Positions 39,701 to 53,600 of a stretch of 64,000 nucleotides of DNA are shown here, one piece after another. The stretch comes from Acanthaster planci (lineage: Eukaryota). Where the stretch lies: the NCBI RefSeq assembly GCF_001949145.1, contig NW_019091356.1, positions 1,677,667 to 1,741,666 of the forward strand, given 5' to 3'. The notes below the pieces were generated by a model. That model saw nothing but the letters and a program-made list of their open reading frames with translations, ran no database searches and was not told where the DNA came from. The position numbers were made by a program, and so were the translations under genes. Numbering within the stretch: position 1 is the first letter of the stretch; every line of letters begins with the position of its first letter.

Positions 39701-42700
39701 AAGAGTTTTTAATTAAACGAGGGTCATTTATATTCTCCGGCTCTTGATACATTCCCAACGCCTTGAAATTTTGAGCTGGGTCACTCGTACGTGCGCAAGT
39801 GCGAGCCACAGGCTCAGACAAAGGCCTTACGCGCACAAAATTGCTAATTTCAACATAAATACAGAGAACACGTAATTAATGCAGATGCTTAATTGAAATG
39901 TAATACATAACTGATACAAAGAAGTAGTAAGGAGTTCTGGTCAAACTCCTACCATTTCGTTGCCACTTTGTCACCACTTCGACGATAAAAGTTTACTGGC
40001 TTGCTATTGTTTGCCTCACGGTGGAGCTGAAGTGCGCATGCTGAAAATTCCGATCGGTCACGTCGTCACGTGGGTGTCTGCTGCCACCAAGCGTCTAAAA
40101 AGTCTCCCATTCAGTATTTAATACTAAACAATGAATGAAACAGCCAAGAGGTATGAATTTGTTTCACAGGAAAGATATGTTTTGACAAAAATCATATTTA
40201 CTTTCATAGCGCAGGCTCTTTTCTTACTTCTGCGATGTGATCTATAATAATCACTTGAAGATTTGTCATTAATTTGTCATTCGTCAGACCATTACCCGTT
40301 CAATTCATTTCCCTGGCGAGTATTTGGCCCAACCAAAACCATATTTCTTTCAAGAAAATGCAGATTTGTGAAAGAAATATTATTTCTTGGAGTCCCTTTT
40401 CTGCCTTCAAAAGACGCAAGCAGTTGCCCACGTCACGCGCGAGTTCAAGTATAATCACGCTAGTCTGTCCTCTCTGAGTCACGTTGGTGGAAATTAAACC
40501 CGTGCAAATGAGTAGACTAAAGGGTGACTGTTGGAGTCATTTATCAAAACGGGGGGAAACCATTGCGAAGACCCGGTAATGATGCTGGCTTTTTTCGGAT
40601 TGGGGAGAGAGGAGAAGGAGCTGGAAGAAAAGACAAACGATTTCCGTCGACATCATGGCTTCGGAATTGATTCTGGTCTTGCGCTCCCTGGGAACTTGAT
40701 TCTACGGCTTCGGGGCTAATGAGCAAAATATCTTTGAGTCTCCTTTGGTCTGTTATCGTCTACTGCTACCGGTGCGATCGGTGTATCATTGAAATGGAAG
40801 GATGGTGAAGCAAAACTCTCTCCAACTAAAATCGAGAATTTATCATATCAGGACATGCATGACAGAAAGCCAATGAACTAAAGATGAAATAAGTGTTTAT
40901 AGGTTACTCTTGAGGGCAGTCCTTTGCCGAAGTATCTTCATATTCCATTCTTTTCCAGTCAAAATGTATTTTTTTAGAAGCAACAACAGTTTTTCAGATT
41001 AGTTCACTTCTTCGTACATTATTACAGGTAACTTTTAGTTTTCTGAGTTTCACGGCCCGAACGCAATTGCCGTCTTCCAAGTTTGGCTTTAATGTTACTT
41101 GACTTTTTTCATTTAAACAAAACATGGGGAAAATCGATCGCATTGTGACAAATGTAAAACTTGAAAAGAGAAAAAAAAATTAACATGTCCAGGAGATATC
41201 TGAAAAAAAGACAATAAATTAAGGAGTAACACTTCAGATAAGAGGCGTAAATTCACAAGATGTAAATGTAGTGATTCCTGCAAGCTGTTTTAGCCTAATT
41301 TGATAATTTTCATCTTCACTGGCCAAAGCTTCAAATTCTGGCTTCACTTGCTTGAGTTTCTCAGAATCGACTTTCTGGGCTGTTTTGCACTAAATACTCC
41401 GAAAAAATGGAAATAACATCGAGTCTTCCGATAACTGCTATTCTGAATGGGTTTTAATCACGATTAAACTTTCGGTATTCTTGTAAAGAACGTTACGAAT
41501 GTGCATTTTGAGAATACTTATGCACCCTACGGGACTGAATGCTCACAGATGCTTCGATAATGCTAATGGAAATCGATTTTCAATGAGTCGATACTTTGGC
41601 CGAAATTAGTAAAGGTATTAATGTCCACATGGAGTTCAATATTTCAAATGAGATGGTCAAGTTGATAGCTGAGAAGTTGATGTCCCTGCCTAGCAAAAGC
41701 AAACCCTGAATACTTTGTACAGTGATTTTATGTGAAACTTAAAATACTTGATAACTTTCCCCAATTGCAATACCTGGCGCCACGTGCCACGCGAGATGCT
41801 CGCTAAATAGGCTCGGTTTTTTTTTGTGGGTATCAGAACGGCGCGTTTGGCAAGATCATTTACGGAAAGTAAACAGATTAGACCGGTGCTGAAGTGCACC
41901 TTTTTTGAGCAGAACACGCCGGCAAATTGAAGTTTCAATTAAAATGGCAAATCCCGGGTGGGGCAATTCGCAACATGGAACACGATCGCGCGAGCGAGAC
42001 GGCTATATCTACCAAATCAATAACGAGCCCGCGTCTTCATGTTTTTTTTCAAACTCCCGTCCAGGACGAATTTTTGGTCAACAAGGGACTCAGATGGAGC
42101 GATCGTCCATTATCGGTTACATTCGCTGCAATTCGGTCAAATGTGCAATTATGTGGAATTCAACATTCAAGCAACTTCTGTTCCTCTCGCCGGCAAATTG
42201 GACTAACACTAAAATTTATGACCAATATTGGAAGATTGAAGGCAATTTATTGGGCCGTATCATCCTTCCCATTACGGGTAGGCTGGTAGAACCCAACGCT
42301 GAGCAAGCGAGTGAACCCTCCTTGACTCTAGGCTCTCCTACGTCTTAAATGACGTCAGGATTGACGTATCCATAAACACTGGTACCATTCACGGTATGGT
42401 AAACTAAATGGCTGACAACCCCCACACCTGCATAGGACGTTTGTATATACCCTTATCTCTAAGGTATGCCATAGCACCCAAGAGCAAGTCCCTGTATCGC
42501 TATCTAAAGCGGGTGTTCTGGCTTTTGCATTTTAATTTCATTCTACGTAACTCGCACTATTGACAAACACCGAAGTTCAGAAATCTGCAACAGCTCAAAA
42601 GCCAAAAGGTCATCCCAAAACTCCAGCGAAACACCAAACAAATTGGGAATTCCGGCCTTAATTAAGTTGCGTATATTATAAAGGAAACAGTTAACATCAC

Positions 42701-42866
42701 CTACAGTAAACATTTCAAGACTCATAGTTATACAACAGAGCAGAACAATCTATACATGAAAAATGCCTTAGAGATGAAACATAAACAGTAAAGAGCGGCG
42801 TTGACAGCGTGTGTGAGTGTCTATAGGTATACGTTGTAGTGGCATTTCGTTCTACAGCGACACCCC

Positions 42867-42954
42867 ATTGGTCGGAAGACAAGCTGGATGACACGTGACG
42901 CAGCCGTGACGTCAGCGCAGTGCTGGTGAAGCTTCGCAGCGAGTCCTTAAATAA
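42867..42954 (+). promoter_or_regulatory. Putative core promoter of the neuropeptide gene
   Basis: Reverse CCAAT (ATTGG 42867-42871), E-box CACGTG (42892-42897), palindromic CRE TGACGTCA (42907-42914) and TATA-like TTAAATAA (42947-42954), in typical order; a second full CRE at 42350-42357. Confidence 0.6.
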
Positions 42955-42979
42955 TTTGCCGGTAGCTTTGCAAGCAAGG

Positions 42980-43166
42980 AAACTGCATCTCAGCGGAGCG
43001 GTACAACAAGGCTGTCGGGACCGAGCGAATATCTTGGTGATCGGTGAACAGACAGAGAAAAAACAGCGAGACAGGCGGACAACAGCGACGACAAGGAAAG
43101 ACGTCGCGTCTGGAGAAGCTGAGGTAGATTTTATTCTGGGCCTAGATTTACACCGAGTTCCAAAAG
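42980..43166 (+). other. Putative non-coding first exon (5' UTR) of the neuropeptide gene
   Basis: Begins ~30 nt after the TATA-like box (start approximate), contains no ATG, and ends in a strong donor AAG|GTAAGA. The signal-peptide exon has an acceptor only 10 nt before its ATG, so an upstream exon is required. Confidence 0.55.
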
Positions 43167-44562
43167 GTAAGAACATCATTTCTTAGATCGTTCTTACACA
43201 CTGCTGTTTTCTTACAGTCGACCATTTTGGCTTCAGTGCTGAGTATTCATTACATTGTACCCCAATTAATATTTGGCAAATCAAAATCAGATCGATTACT
43301 TTATGTTATCATTTCTCCATTACCTAGACATGTTTAGAAAGCAGTTTCATTACAGTCTGTCACAATTTTCTCCAAAGTGAATGAATTCAACAACTTTACA
43401 GAGGGAATAAGAAAAACAAAAAATCAGAGTCAAGGTATTGTCATTTCTAGTTGTAGATATCGACATTGATAGGGACAACACCCAATGTCTGTGAATCTTT
43501 TCATGCAAATTGTGAAAAAAAGGCAATGTAATAACTTTCAAACAAAATCAGCGTGCCGACGCTGTTTATTCAACTCGTGGGAGTCGCTCCCACAATCCAC
43601 AGCTATACCATTGCATCTATGCACATGTGGATGAAAACGATTTTCTTGAAAGGTGTCCACTGTATCGGCTCTGGGAACGCACCCGTCTGTGTTGAGTCAA
43701 GACTCTGAGTCAATTTGCTCTGCGCGCAATCACCCCGCACATCAGCGACTTGTTCAAATTATTTTAGCAGTGTTTTTCCTCGGCGTAATACAGTCGGCGG
43801 ATGGCGCGGGCACGACCGAGCCGAGGGGAAGACCGCCGCCCCGAATGCCGCCATCAAATCCCTCCTACCGAAGCATTAAGCACGCCGGGAGACATAGGAT
43901 CGGGCCCACTCCATACGCGTGACATTTTCCCGGCCGGTTTTAAGCCCTTCTCTGCACACAATTGGCGAGGCGTGCGGACGTGCCGTGTACCCATAAAGCG
44001 GCACTATACTGAGGTGCGTACGGGGAACTTGGGTTGTCATAAACAAGACTTAATTGTCCTTATGAGCAGGTGGATCTCGCTGAAGATGTAAGATAGACGG
44101 TAATACAGTGTCCTTTACTGATATTGATTCGCGTTTCGAAATATTATAGGTTTCGCTGCCAATTTACTGAGGAGTGGTGTCGGTCGTCCGTTTTCAGGGC
44201 TGGTCGCTGCCTCCATGTTTATAGCCGACGAGTCCCGGAGAAATGAGATCTTTTAGTTAGATTGTAAATCCGACCACACGTGGTTTAAAGTCCTCTTCAG
44301 GTTTTTACTGGATGTTCATCCCTGACTCTTAGAAACAGATGAGACACGGGTCTGACAGAACCGTCGAAGAGTGTGCATCACATCGCATACCGATTACAGT
44401 GTAAAGGCAACATGATCGTAATATCAATTTTGAAAACGGCATTGCTTTATCCCGTAGTACATTATTAAACATAAGAAAATGTCTCTCATTCCCAATGATA
44501 ACGTTTATTTCTAATATCATGTTTTTAATACTGTGTTTAAATCTTTATAAAGGTAAAAGCTT

Positions 44563-44626
44563 CTATTCGATTACACCACTATTCGATTATACAACTATTC
44601 GATTATACCACTATTCGATTATACCA
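44563..44626. repeat. Minisatellite, 4 x 16 bp
   Basis: CTATTCGATTAYACMA x4, contiguous, no spacers. Confidence 0.9.
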
Positions 44627-47567
44627 ATTGTGAGTGCGGATTTCACAGCACAAATATCACGCACCGACAACACAAGTCCTTATAGCTTTAATGGCGACCA
44701 ATTTTTGCGAAAACGGCTTTTTGCGAATTAGAAAGTCTATCACCAGACTATATACGGAAGCACTAATGACCTGACTCAAATTCTAAAAATGATCACAGGA
44801 ACCCCCCCCCAACAGTAATTGTAAAACAATCTCCAATATCTGAAGTCATTATGCACACCCGAGCTGCCTTATAGCACTCCTTTATTGCTATTGCGACAAT
44901 TTCGGGTGTCCAGACCGCTGCGTATATTTGACATTCAAATAAATTTCGAGGCATAGAAGAAAATGGCCATATCAAAAGTAAATAACGATGGGCATGTGGA
45001 GAGAGGAGGCAAATTGAATAAGCCGCTGATGCTGTTGATTGCAATTTATATAATGTACGCCTCCGCGCTTTGTTCGAGTTCCCCTTTTGGCACGTGGGGG
45101 GAGTAAAAATTATCCGACGTGCTCAGACGGACGAGGCGGTTTGAGAGACGTGATACCGACGGAATTTCACTTTTCTCGGGAATATCCTCCGTTCCAATTA
45201 TGTGAATTAATTTGAAAGGCGGCGTTAAGGACAATTTTGCACTGTTTGCCGTCATGAGTGGGGCCATACGTGATCTCAATTGCGATCGAATCGCAACATG
45301 CCGATCTAGCAGGACACAATCAAATTATAGAATGGTGACTATGGCAGATAGTGAGCAACATTATATAATTATAGGGTCGGGTAGATTGGGGCTTGAGGGG
45401 TTGGACACGATCGCCACCATGCCAGACAAAAATTATTAGTGTAAAAATTATAGACACAGTCGCAAGAAAAGGGAACAACTTAAGTTTTACCTCGGAAGGT
45501 ATTGGCTCGAAACCAATAGTTTCCGTCCATCCCGTGCATCTCTACATGTATAAAGCCGTGTTTGGTACTTCGACCATTTCTGATTTCTCGTCTAAGCTCA
45601 GACCGAAAGCGTCAGTTTTGCACTACGGTTGCGACTTTTCGCCCTCCCAGACCGCCACTCGAACCCACCAAGGCTGGCAGCGATGATCACAATATTGAAC
45701 CGACGGTAGCGCTACACCGTAAAATGAGATATAGCAGCGAATGTCATCGCAGGATTCTCATCCCCGTTGAGTGGGCTCGTCCAACTTCATCGAACAATTC
45801 ATTACCGTTTGATTCTACAAGCACTTCAAACCGCGCTGCTGGTCATGTCATTGTTTTTCTGATTAAGTTTTTGACCTTGTGGTGAGGGCTGTTTAGTTAT
45901 CGACGCCAGCGGCGGCAAACTCGTTATTAAAAAGCCTCGCTTGTTTTTACTGAAAGCAGGTATGCTTGCTGCAATTACGAATTTGTGGAAATTTGAGCCG
46001 ACAATTTTCTGTCCGGAACTAACACACTGGGGGAGTATGGACTCACAAAGATAACACATTTGGCAGACATGTTCGGTTAGGGTTAGAATAAGAATTCATT
46101 TGAAGTCTTTCCTTTAGACTTTGAGGAAAATTCATGGAACCGCAGGCCTGCTAAGTTTTACGAGTCGACTCTAGACACTAACCAACTTGGAAAAGTGGTT
46201 TTTTTTTTGGTTGCTTTTTTTTTTTTTGCTCCTTGTCTTTTGAAAGCCAGGCGAGGGCAATATTAGCGTATACGCTCTCAATTAGCGTACAACTCCAGAA
46301 CAGGGACTAGGACTCTCATTTTGTTTTATGTGGGGTATTTTTTCATTGCGACAAATGTTTCATATAAATCACATGGAGTGGAAATGAAAACCGACTTCTT
46401 TTTTTACAACCAGACCTTCGCAATGTCCGATGTGATGAGTTCAGCAGACGGGAAAGAAAAATATTAATCCCCTTTTTTGAGTAAGTATAGAGATGAAGAA
46501 ATCCGATACGATGACGCCTGTGTTGTGTTGATGGGTATAGCTTGACCCCCCCCAAAAGCAATCGCAAGTGAAGATCCAAGGGTGAAAGCAAAGATCTATA
46601 ATAGAGATCTCTTCTTGAGGGAAGATTTCAGGATTTAAGTCCTAAAATAAGTGTTCAAACAGGAAAGTGAAGTTGTCACAATAGTTGCAAGCAAGCTGCA
46701 AACAACATTGTCCCTGCAATCGGCCCTGTCTCCGGTTCATAAACACCCCACCTCGAGTAACAGGGCTCTGTGGTCAACAAAGGGGAAGCGAAATTTACAC
46801 AAAATGTGGCCCACGCACCATCGGAACGGACGTCGGGTGTTTTTGGTGTTTGTTTGTTTGTTTGTTTTTGCAACTTCACACGTGATCTGATCGGAACACC
46901 CCCGACGTTCTGGTGTGGCGCACAACATCAATTATTTTCCCTGCTTCACCGACGCAGCTGCGGTTTTTTCTCAGATTTGACACCATACTGATCAGGAAGT
47001 CACACGAGTCCGTTTTAGTTTCAATATGTCTCTCACTATGTCTGCAAAACATTCGATAAGGGTTTTCTTACAAGCTCTTTTAAACAGCATCACAATAAAA
47101 ACATTTCCAATAAGTTGATTTTTTTTTACATTTAAGAGCTTCAGGCTACTATTTTCAAAGGATTAGTAAGAACCTTCAAAGTAACATCTCATGGTTTCAT
47201 TTCTAAACGTCATTAAATGCTCAAAATCATATTTTACCGCTTAGTCACCAAACCTCCTTTGTAAATTTGTGACGTATTTACTGAAGACAATTTCGTCTCT
47301 CAAATCATCTTGTTTAGAATCCTGTGTTCACAATGAAGTTTGTGCAAGTCAAACCTCGGGTTGTCTTGAAGACATCCTCCCATTTTGGATGGTAAACAGA
47401 CAATTTCCTGCCGACATTAGCGAGGAGAGAAGAAAAGTCCTTCCGGAACGGTTTCGGTTGATAGTGGCCATAACCCAAGCCGCATGAAGGGTAATCTCCG
47501 TTCCCTCCAGTCAGCAAAATTGACAATCATTGGGGCTTTGTTTGCTCTTTCCAACAGATCATTAAAG

Positions 47568-47640
47568 ATGGATTTGAAATTATTCCTGCTAGTTGGACTC
47601 TGTTGTTTGGTGCGCGCACAGTCGGACATGAGAGATAAAG
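47568..47640 (+). CDS. PrRP: Neuropeptide precursor coding exon 1 (signal peptide + first 7 residues of mature peptide)
   Basis: Acceptor tctttccaacag (exon starts 47558), AAAGATGG start context, MDLKLFLLVGLCCLVRAQSDMRDK, donor AAG|GTAAGG. Confidence 0.88.
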
Positions 47641-50600
47641 GTAAGGCGTATGTGGAATCTGACTCACCCCCCTCTTAACTCTACGAGTGTCCCTAGACCC
47701 AATTTCCTTGAGCCCACAGTCAAATATTTGTGACGAATTTGTTTACTGAGGTGACATTTCATATTGCCTGCGTGAAAACACAATTATATTAGGGTGAAGC
47801 CTAAGCCAGAGACGTAATATTTTGGTATAGCTCTTAAAAGAAGCTGCACTACTACAATGGGTGGTATGAATGAAAAGTAGCATTTGTTTTTAATACCACA
47901 TTTGAAGCATTTACTAGTGTTTGTAGGCAAACGCTTTTTCTTTAGTGCAATTGCTAAAAAGTAAAAGTGTTTACTTTTTACTCTTTAAGCTTGTGCTTGA
48001 CAATAAGCAGTTGCTTCATTTTGTATGAATAAAAATGAGAAAGTTCTACAGAATTGGAGTATTTTCTTGACATTTTTCAAGACTGGGTCAGGACAAGCTT
48101 CAAAACGAGGAGCATTTACTGGTGTTCAAAATGGCAGCGTTCATAAATGTCATTCGAAAGGAAAAGCTGTATGCCTTCGGGAGGGAATCTCAAGAAACCA
48201 GATGCAGGCATTTGAGAGTGGCAGAGCAATTTTCTTCATCAAGGTTTTTGCGATCAAAATTACTGGCTGCGTGCTTATCTGCCATGCGGAGGTCTCAAGA
48301 TACAGCACCGTGCTGCACTCTGCGTGTCAAACAATGGAAGCCCCATTGTGCAGAACCGCGCGGCTGTGAAGTCAGCCACAAGCATAAAGCATTTGCTACT
48401 ATTTGTACAAGCAGATGCTGAACAGTAAAAGAAACATTTTATTCATACAAATTCAAGCAACTGCTTATTCTTAATGCTTTTACTTCTCAGTAAATGCTTT
48501 TGCTGTTTGCTTGAACTTCATAGCATTTGCTAGTTTTTATTCATACTACCCAATGTCTCGGTAACAAGTTCCCCTATCGAAATTGGACAAATTAATCTTG
48601 AAGCTTTTAATACAGAGTACAGACTGTCACCGCATGGCCAACGGCGTAACCATGGCAATTTATGAAAGTCATACTCTGTTAAAGACCCCCTCTACCGGCC
48701 ATAACACTTTAGCGCTTCCTTCATACAGCAATGAAGATGAAAACTATAAGAAAGACCTCACGTGTTAGAAATCTCTATTCCATTCGTGACGCCGGGCTTG
48801 CAGGTGGAATTGCTTCCACGTGAGTGTAAAGGGAAGGCGGGCTTGAACGAAGTTTGCGGATGATTACCGTCTTTCTGGGAGGATCAACGACCGTGTAGAG
48901 CCGATACGACGGGGGATTCTTCCCGCTGATCTCCGAATGCCACGGTCGCTCGCGGTTTCTGGGCAACCGTAATCCCCGACGTCCCCCGACAAACATACTC
49001 TGTATACCTTCCTCCATGATTTGGAACGATTTCCTTTCCTTTTTATGACAAAAGCAAGAAGCCCCTGCCGCAATAACAGGACGAATCAAGACTAAGGTTT
49101 AGTCCACATCATGAACTCCATCTTGGTTTTGGTGCTTTGCAGACTACCCATCTCCCTGTGTAAACTGCTCAAACCAGCACTGGCATATCAAAGTATGGCA
49201 GTCTTGCGTATAGTCAAATTGAAACACTTTGGGAATAGAGCTCAGCTAATGATCGTTCATAGTTTAATCAGTGCTAAATGTAAGTCTACTCATACACGTT
49301 CAGATTCGTACTTCAAGCGCATTATGCCTGCTAGCTCTGCAATAATCATACCTAAAAAAAAGGCACCACTATCAGTTATGATAATTAAGATAAGGGTTGT
49401 TCTGCGTGTATTTATTTCTGAGGAATTTTAATTTTAAACGCCAGATAAAGCCCGCGCGGTCTCTTCTGCTTAAAATTCAATAAATTTTCCATCTCTGGCT
49501 GTAAATTGTGATTATGTCAGCCCAAGATGAGCGGGTGCAACGTTTCACCATTTTGGTGTCCACTCGTCTCCCGTCGACAATCACACCAGACGGCACTATC
49601 GGGACATGGCGCATACGGGCCGTCATACACGATTATTAATGGCGCTGTAGATTTGCTCCTTGACGTAAAGTGCCGTTCCGCCACTGAATCAAAGACCACT
49701 GTCGTCGAGAGGCCGCGGTAAAAACGCGCCGGACAGCCAGGGAGCCATGGCTAACGGGCAGTATCAGCCCCATCTTCGCCTCTGTGGAGCACAAAGATCT
49801 TGGTAATTGGTGATAATGAACCGCAACCTCAAAATCGCGAAAAATCTTTCTCTTACAAAAAAAAGGGTTTTCTTCGCCTGAGGCTTGTGCAGTAGTTTGG
49901 GCATGGGTTCGCCAGGCAATCATTAAGGGCCATTTACGGGGCACAAGATTTACTGGCCGGGGGGCGATTTACCTGACTTTATGGTGAGGCTTCCTGTAAT
50001 CTGATGTTCTTGCCGTTTTAACCTTTTGCTTCAAGGCTGAGATGAGCCAAAAATAGCAGTCAAATACTGCAAAAACTGTGGCTTTAAATTGGTGTTAATA
50101 TATCCCTCTGAGTGTTATCAGAGGATTGCGCCCAGTCTGGTATAGTCTTATAATGCCCAGGGTGTTAAATTAACACCACCCTGTTTTACAGTGAACAGAT
50201 TTCAAAGCCATCGACAGTGCGGACACAACATGTACTACCGTACCTCTCTCAGTATTTAATCAATATTTTCAATTTATTTGTTACCGTACACATCCCGACC
50301 TCCGTCCTACCTGAAATACACCGTCAGTAGATTTGAACAGTGCCGAGTGGAAATTCGGTTGCATGCAACTTTGCGCGCTCTATTGAGGTCCTGCCTTATT
50401 ATAAGGGAAAGCTGTATTTCCATCAATAATTCAAGAGACAGTTTTTGAGGCTGGGATTTGGGGACGGATAACACCATGCTATGACAGAGAGGGGAGCGAA
50501 TGAAAAGAAGGACGAAACCTTGCCCTGGTGTCATTCCGGTCTCTTGTAGGCCCAATTCGATTCGCCCTTATTAAAATCTAGCTTTGAGTGAGATTTATCT

Positions 50601-53600
50601 TTCGGGCCATGACGTTTTGACGGCCTGGAGAGTGCTGTTGGCACAAAGACTAAGCCAATCTAACCCCCCCATCGGACAAGATGGTCTTGTTACTGCTGCC
50701 TGAAGACTGCTAGAAAAGGAATTCTACTTTGCACTGTCTTCAAATCGATTGATTCAAAGTTCTGATATTACTCAGTTAACGTAGACATTAGTCTCCACAC
50801 ATTCCTTCTGTTGCTTTAAACAGACTGTTGAATATGGATAATTATTAACGACATACAGTGCGCGAAAACGAGGATTGGAAAGTTTTTATTTCACTTGGAA
50901 GACCGAACAGAATACAAGTATTACCCCTACAGCCAAAATACAATACCAACCTCACGGAGGGAAAAGATATCAAGGCCTACGAAACCACTGGTTAGGTTCG
51001 CATTGATAAAGTACCATTTACATAGTCAATTGGAAACCAGACTGACTTACGTTACAAAACAGACACGCAATACGAAGCTATTGGAGTGCCGGAACGTTGA
51101 GATCGATATAGCAACGAGCGCAACAGGGGGGAACTTTCAACGCGAACATCGAGGAAATGCGTGAAAGTCTGCATCAGTTTCCAAAAGCTGGGAAGAAGGT
51201 AACAACAGTCGGAATCAATAAACTGCATTTGTAGGTTCCGCATCCTGCACAAGGTAGTGATGGGGCACAAAATCAATGTTTCTGGGTGCGCACCACCGTA
51301 TGCATACAGACAACCCATTCAAACGAGCGTAAGACTGGCGGTATTCCAGCTTAATAGGGTGGCTGGAAATTGTTCCCCTGTCGCGCAGCCCCCCCCCAAA
51401 AATTAAGCTTTTGTCCACGACGAGTGCTTATTTTCGGAAATTCTTTTCGTGAGAGGGATTATTTTCTTTGAAAAAAAAAAGCAGGCAAGACAGCAGAGAT
51501 ACCGGCAAGTCCAGGCAAAAAGTGGAGGAGGGGCGACTTGATCCAAGACAAATAACCCTTTGATGGGCTTCTGGATCTCCATTCCACTTGGGTTTATCAT
51601 CGTACTCAAACAACTTCAGTCAGATCTTACGGAGGACGACGAAAACCCGAGCCCACTGCCGGTATGTCATATCGTCACACGCAAGACTGACTCCAGAGAA
51701 CTGGTAATTTTCAATGCCGAACTCAAGTGATCCAGTGAAGTCAATTTTGGCCGAGCCGGGGCGAGTTTCCCTCGCAGGCTTGGCGCTGAGGGTCAGTCTC
51801 CAATAGATATCAATTACCAAAGAGACGAAGTGCGTAGGGGACGGGGAGTTTAACCGACGCTTGCAATTAGCCAGCGCTGTCCCTAACGCCGCGCTGAACG
51901 CGCTCCGGAAGCCGAGGCGACGATTCGAAAACGATATCCGCCGCCTACTCGTTGTCTCAAACGCATCGGCAAGAATACTGGAAAATTGAAAACTAGAGAA
52001 TTAAGGCTATAAAAAATGACCACCTTTTGCGGCCACTTCATCAAACGCTGGACTCGTCTGGAGACCGCCTCGATGTATTTATGTAATCAAAAGGGCCATA
52101 CGATTGCAAAGAGTCACATTCGCAAACCAAACTCCAATCCAATTTTCGTGTGGTATAAGCGCTCGAAGGTACAGCCGACGCGGTGCCTTTACTATTTATC
52201 GGCGTCCGGCTCACGAAGAGAACGCAGGGGCCTCTCGCTGGAAGTGCATGTTGACACTTCAGATTCTTCTGACAACGCTAAGTTGCCGCGCAATTTAATC
52301 AAATTCCTCATAGCCAAACATATTCCGATAGCCGTCTTCCTGTTGGCAGCCTGCAGCACTTTTAAAGTTACTGTAATTTTCAGTGTACAACGCACATTTG
52401 AGAAATAAGAAGGTTCTGGAGATGGAAAAGAGGTTGCAATAAAGACACAGCACAGGTTTTTTTACGGCTTTTGTATCTCGAAGGCACGCAGCTGTGTCCT
52501 CAACTCTAACCCAGAGCTGTGTGCTTTAACCGGGCCACTGGCAACCAATCAAAAGATATGTGAAAAGTAATATGATCATCCTCGGTGTTTCAATGCTTTG
52601 TGGAAGACGCTACGTGTGCGAATCTCGGGCTTAATTTTGTTTGATCTCGGTACGCAGTGAACAGTATTAAGTTGGTCACGATTTCTAGGGATTTTTCCCA
52701 TTCCTCGTGCGCCGGATAACGGCCAATCCAATTATTTTAAATGTATAGGGTTACAAAGTGTACAAATTGCAAGCACTCGTAGTGTATGGCGAACTGGGGT
52801 AAATACAGCTATGTATTTGTTTCGATGGCGTGAACAACTCGCTCCGTTGTGGTCATTCCTGTCTTGGAAAAAAATCCACTTGAAAACAAGGCCTAAGTGC
52901 TGGAAATTCTTGAGCTACGTTAGATTTTTTTGAAGAATGAAAGAACGTGTTCTTCATTTCATGCCTTGGTTACGTCGTATTCAAACTGTATCTCACGTCT
53001 CTGAAATTTTTTTTTAAAGTAGAAAATACGTAACCAGTCGTTTTTATTTGTCACTGCGAAAACAGAACTTGTTCGCTGAACGCAGCGTCAAATACGGTTT
53101 ATGAAATGAAAACAACTGTAATGGAAATGACCATACACCATAATTTTGGAAGCTCTTCGATGCGCAGATTAAGCGTTTAACACCACATTTTTCTAGCTGA
53201 AAAGTAACGAAGGGGGACACGTCTGTGAACAAATAGTAGGAAGTGCACTTCCGTGTCAAGTCCGGTTACAGGTTACCTGGGCCGGCTCGATAGGATCGTT
53301 TTAGTAAAGACCCGACGCGGAGTTTGTCCACATCTGTCCGGCTTCAGTTTCGGTGAACGACCCATCAGGCGGAAGCGACGATCGCACTTTTGCCCAGGTC
53401 GCGTTGCGGAGTTGAGAACTTTGCAGCGGCAACTTCAGCATCCTTCATTTCCCAGAATAATTGCTATTGAGCGCTATTAAACCTGGAATGCTTCAACGAT
53501 GGGATCAGCGTTTCCGCAAAAGGTGACGATATGAAATTATCGATATTCAATTAAGAAATGTCCGATACACTGTTCACTGTTTCATATGGCAACGTTATAT

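Noticed and set aside
44563..44626. CRISPR-like repeat array
   Set aside because: 16-bp units are contiguous with no spacers, the context is eukaryotic and there are no cas genes; it is a minisatellite.
46431..46540. Intronic C/D box snoRNA (GTGATGA)
   Set aside because: No properly placed CTGA D box or terminal stem found.
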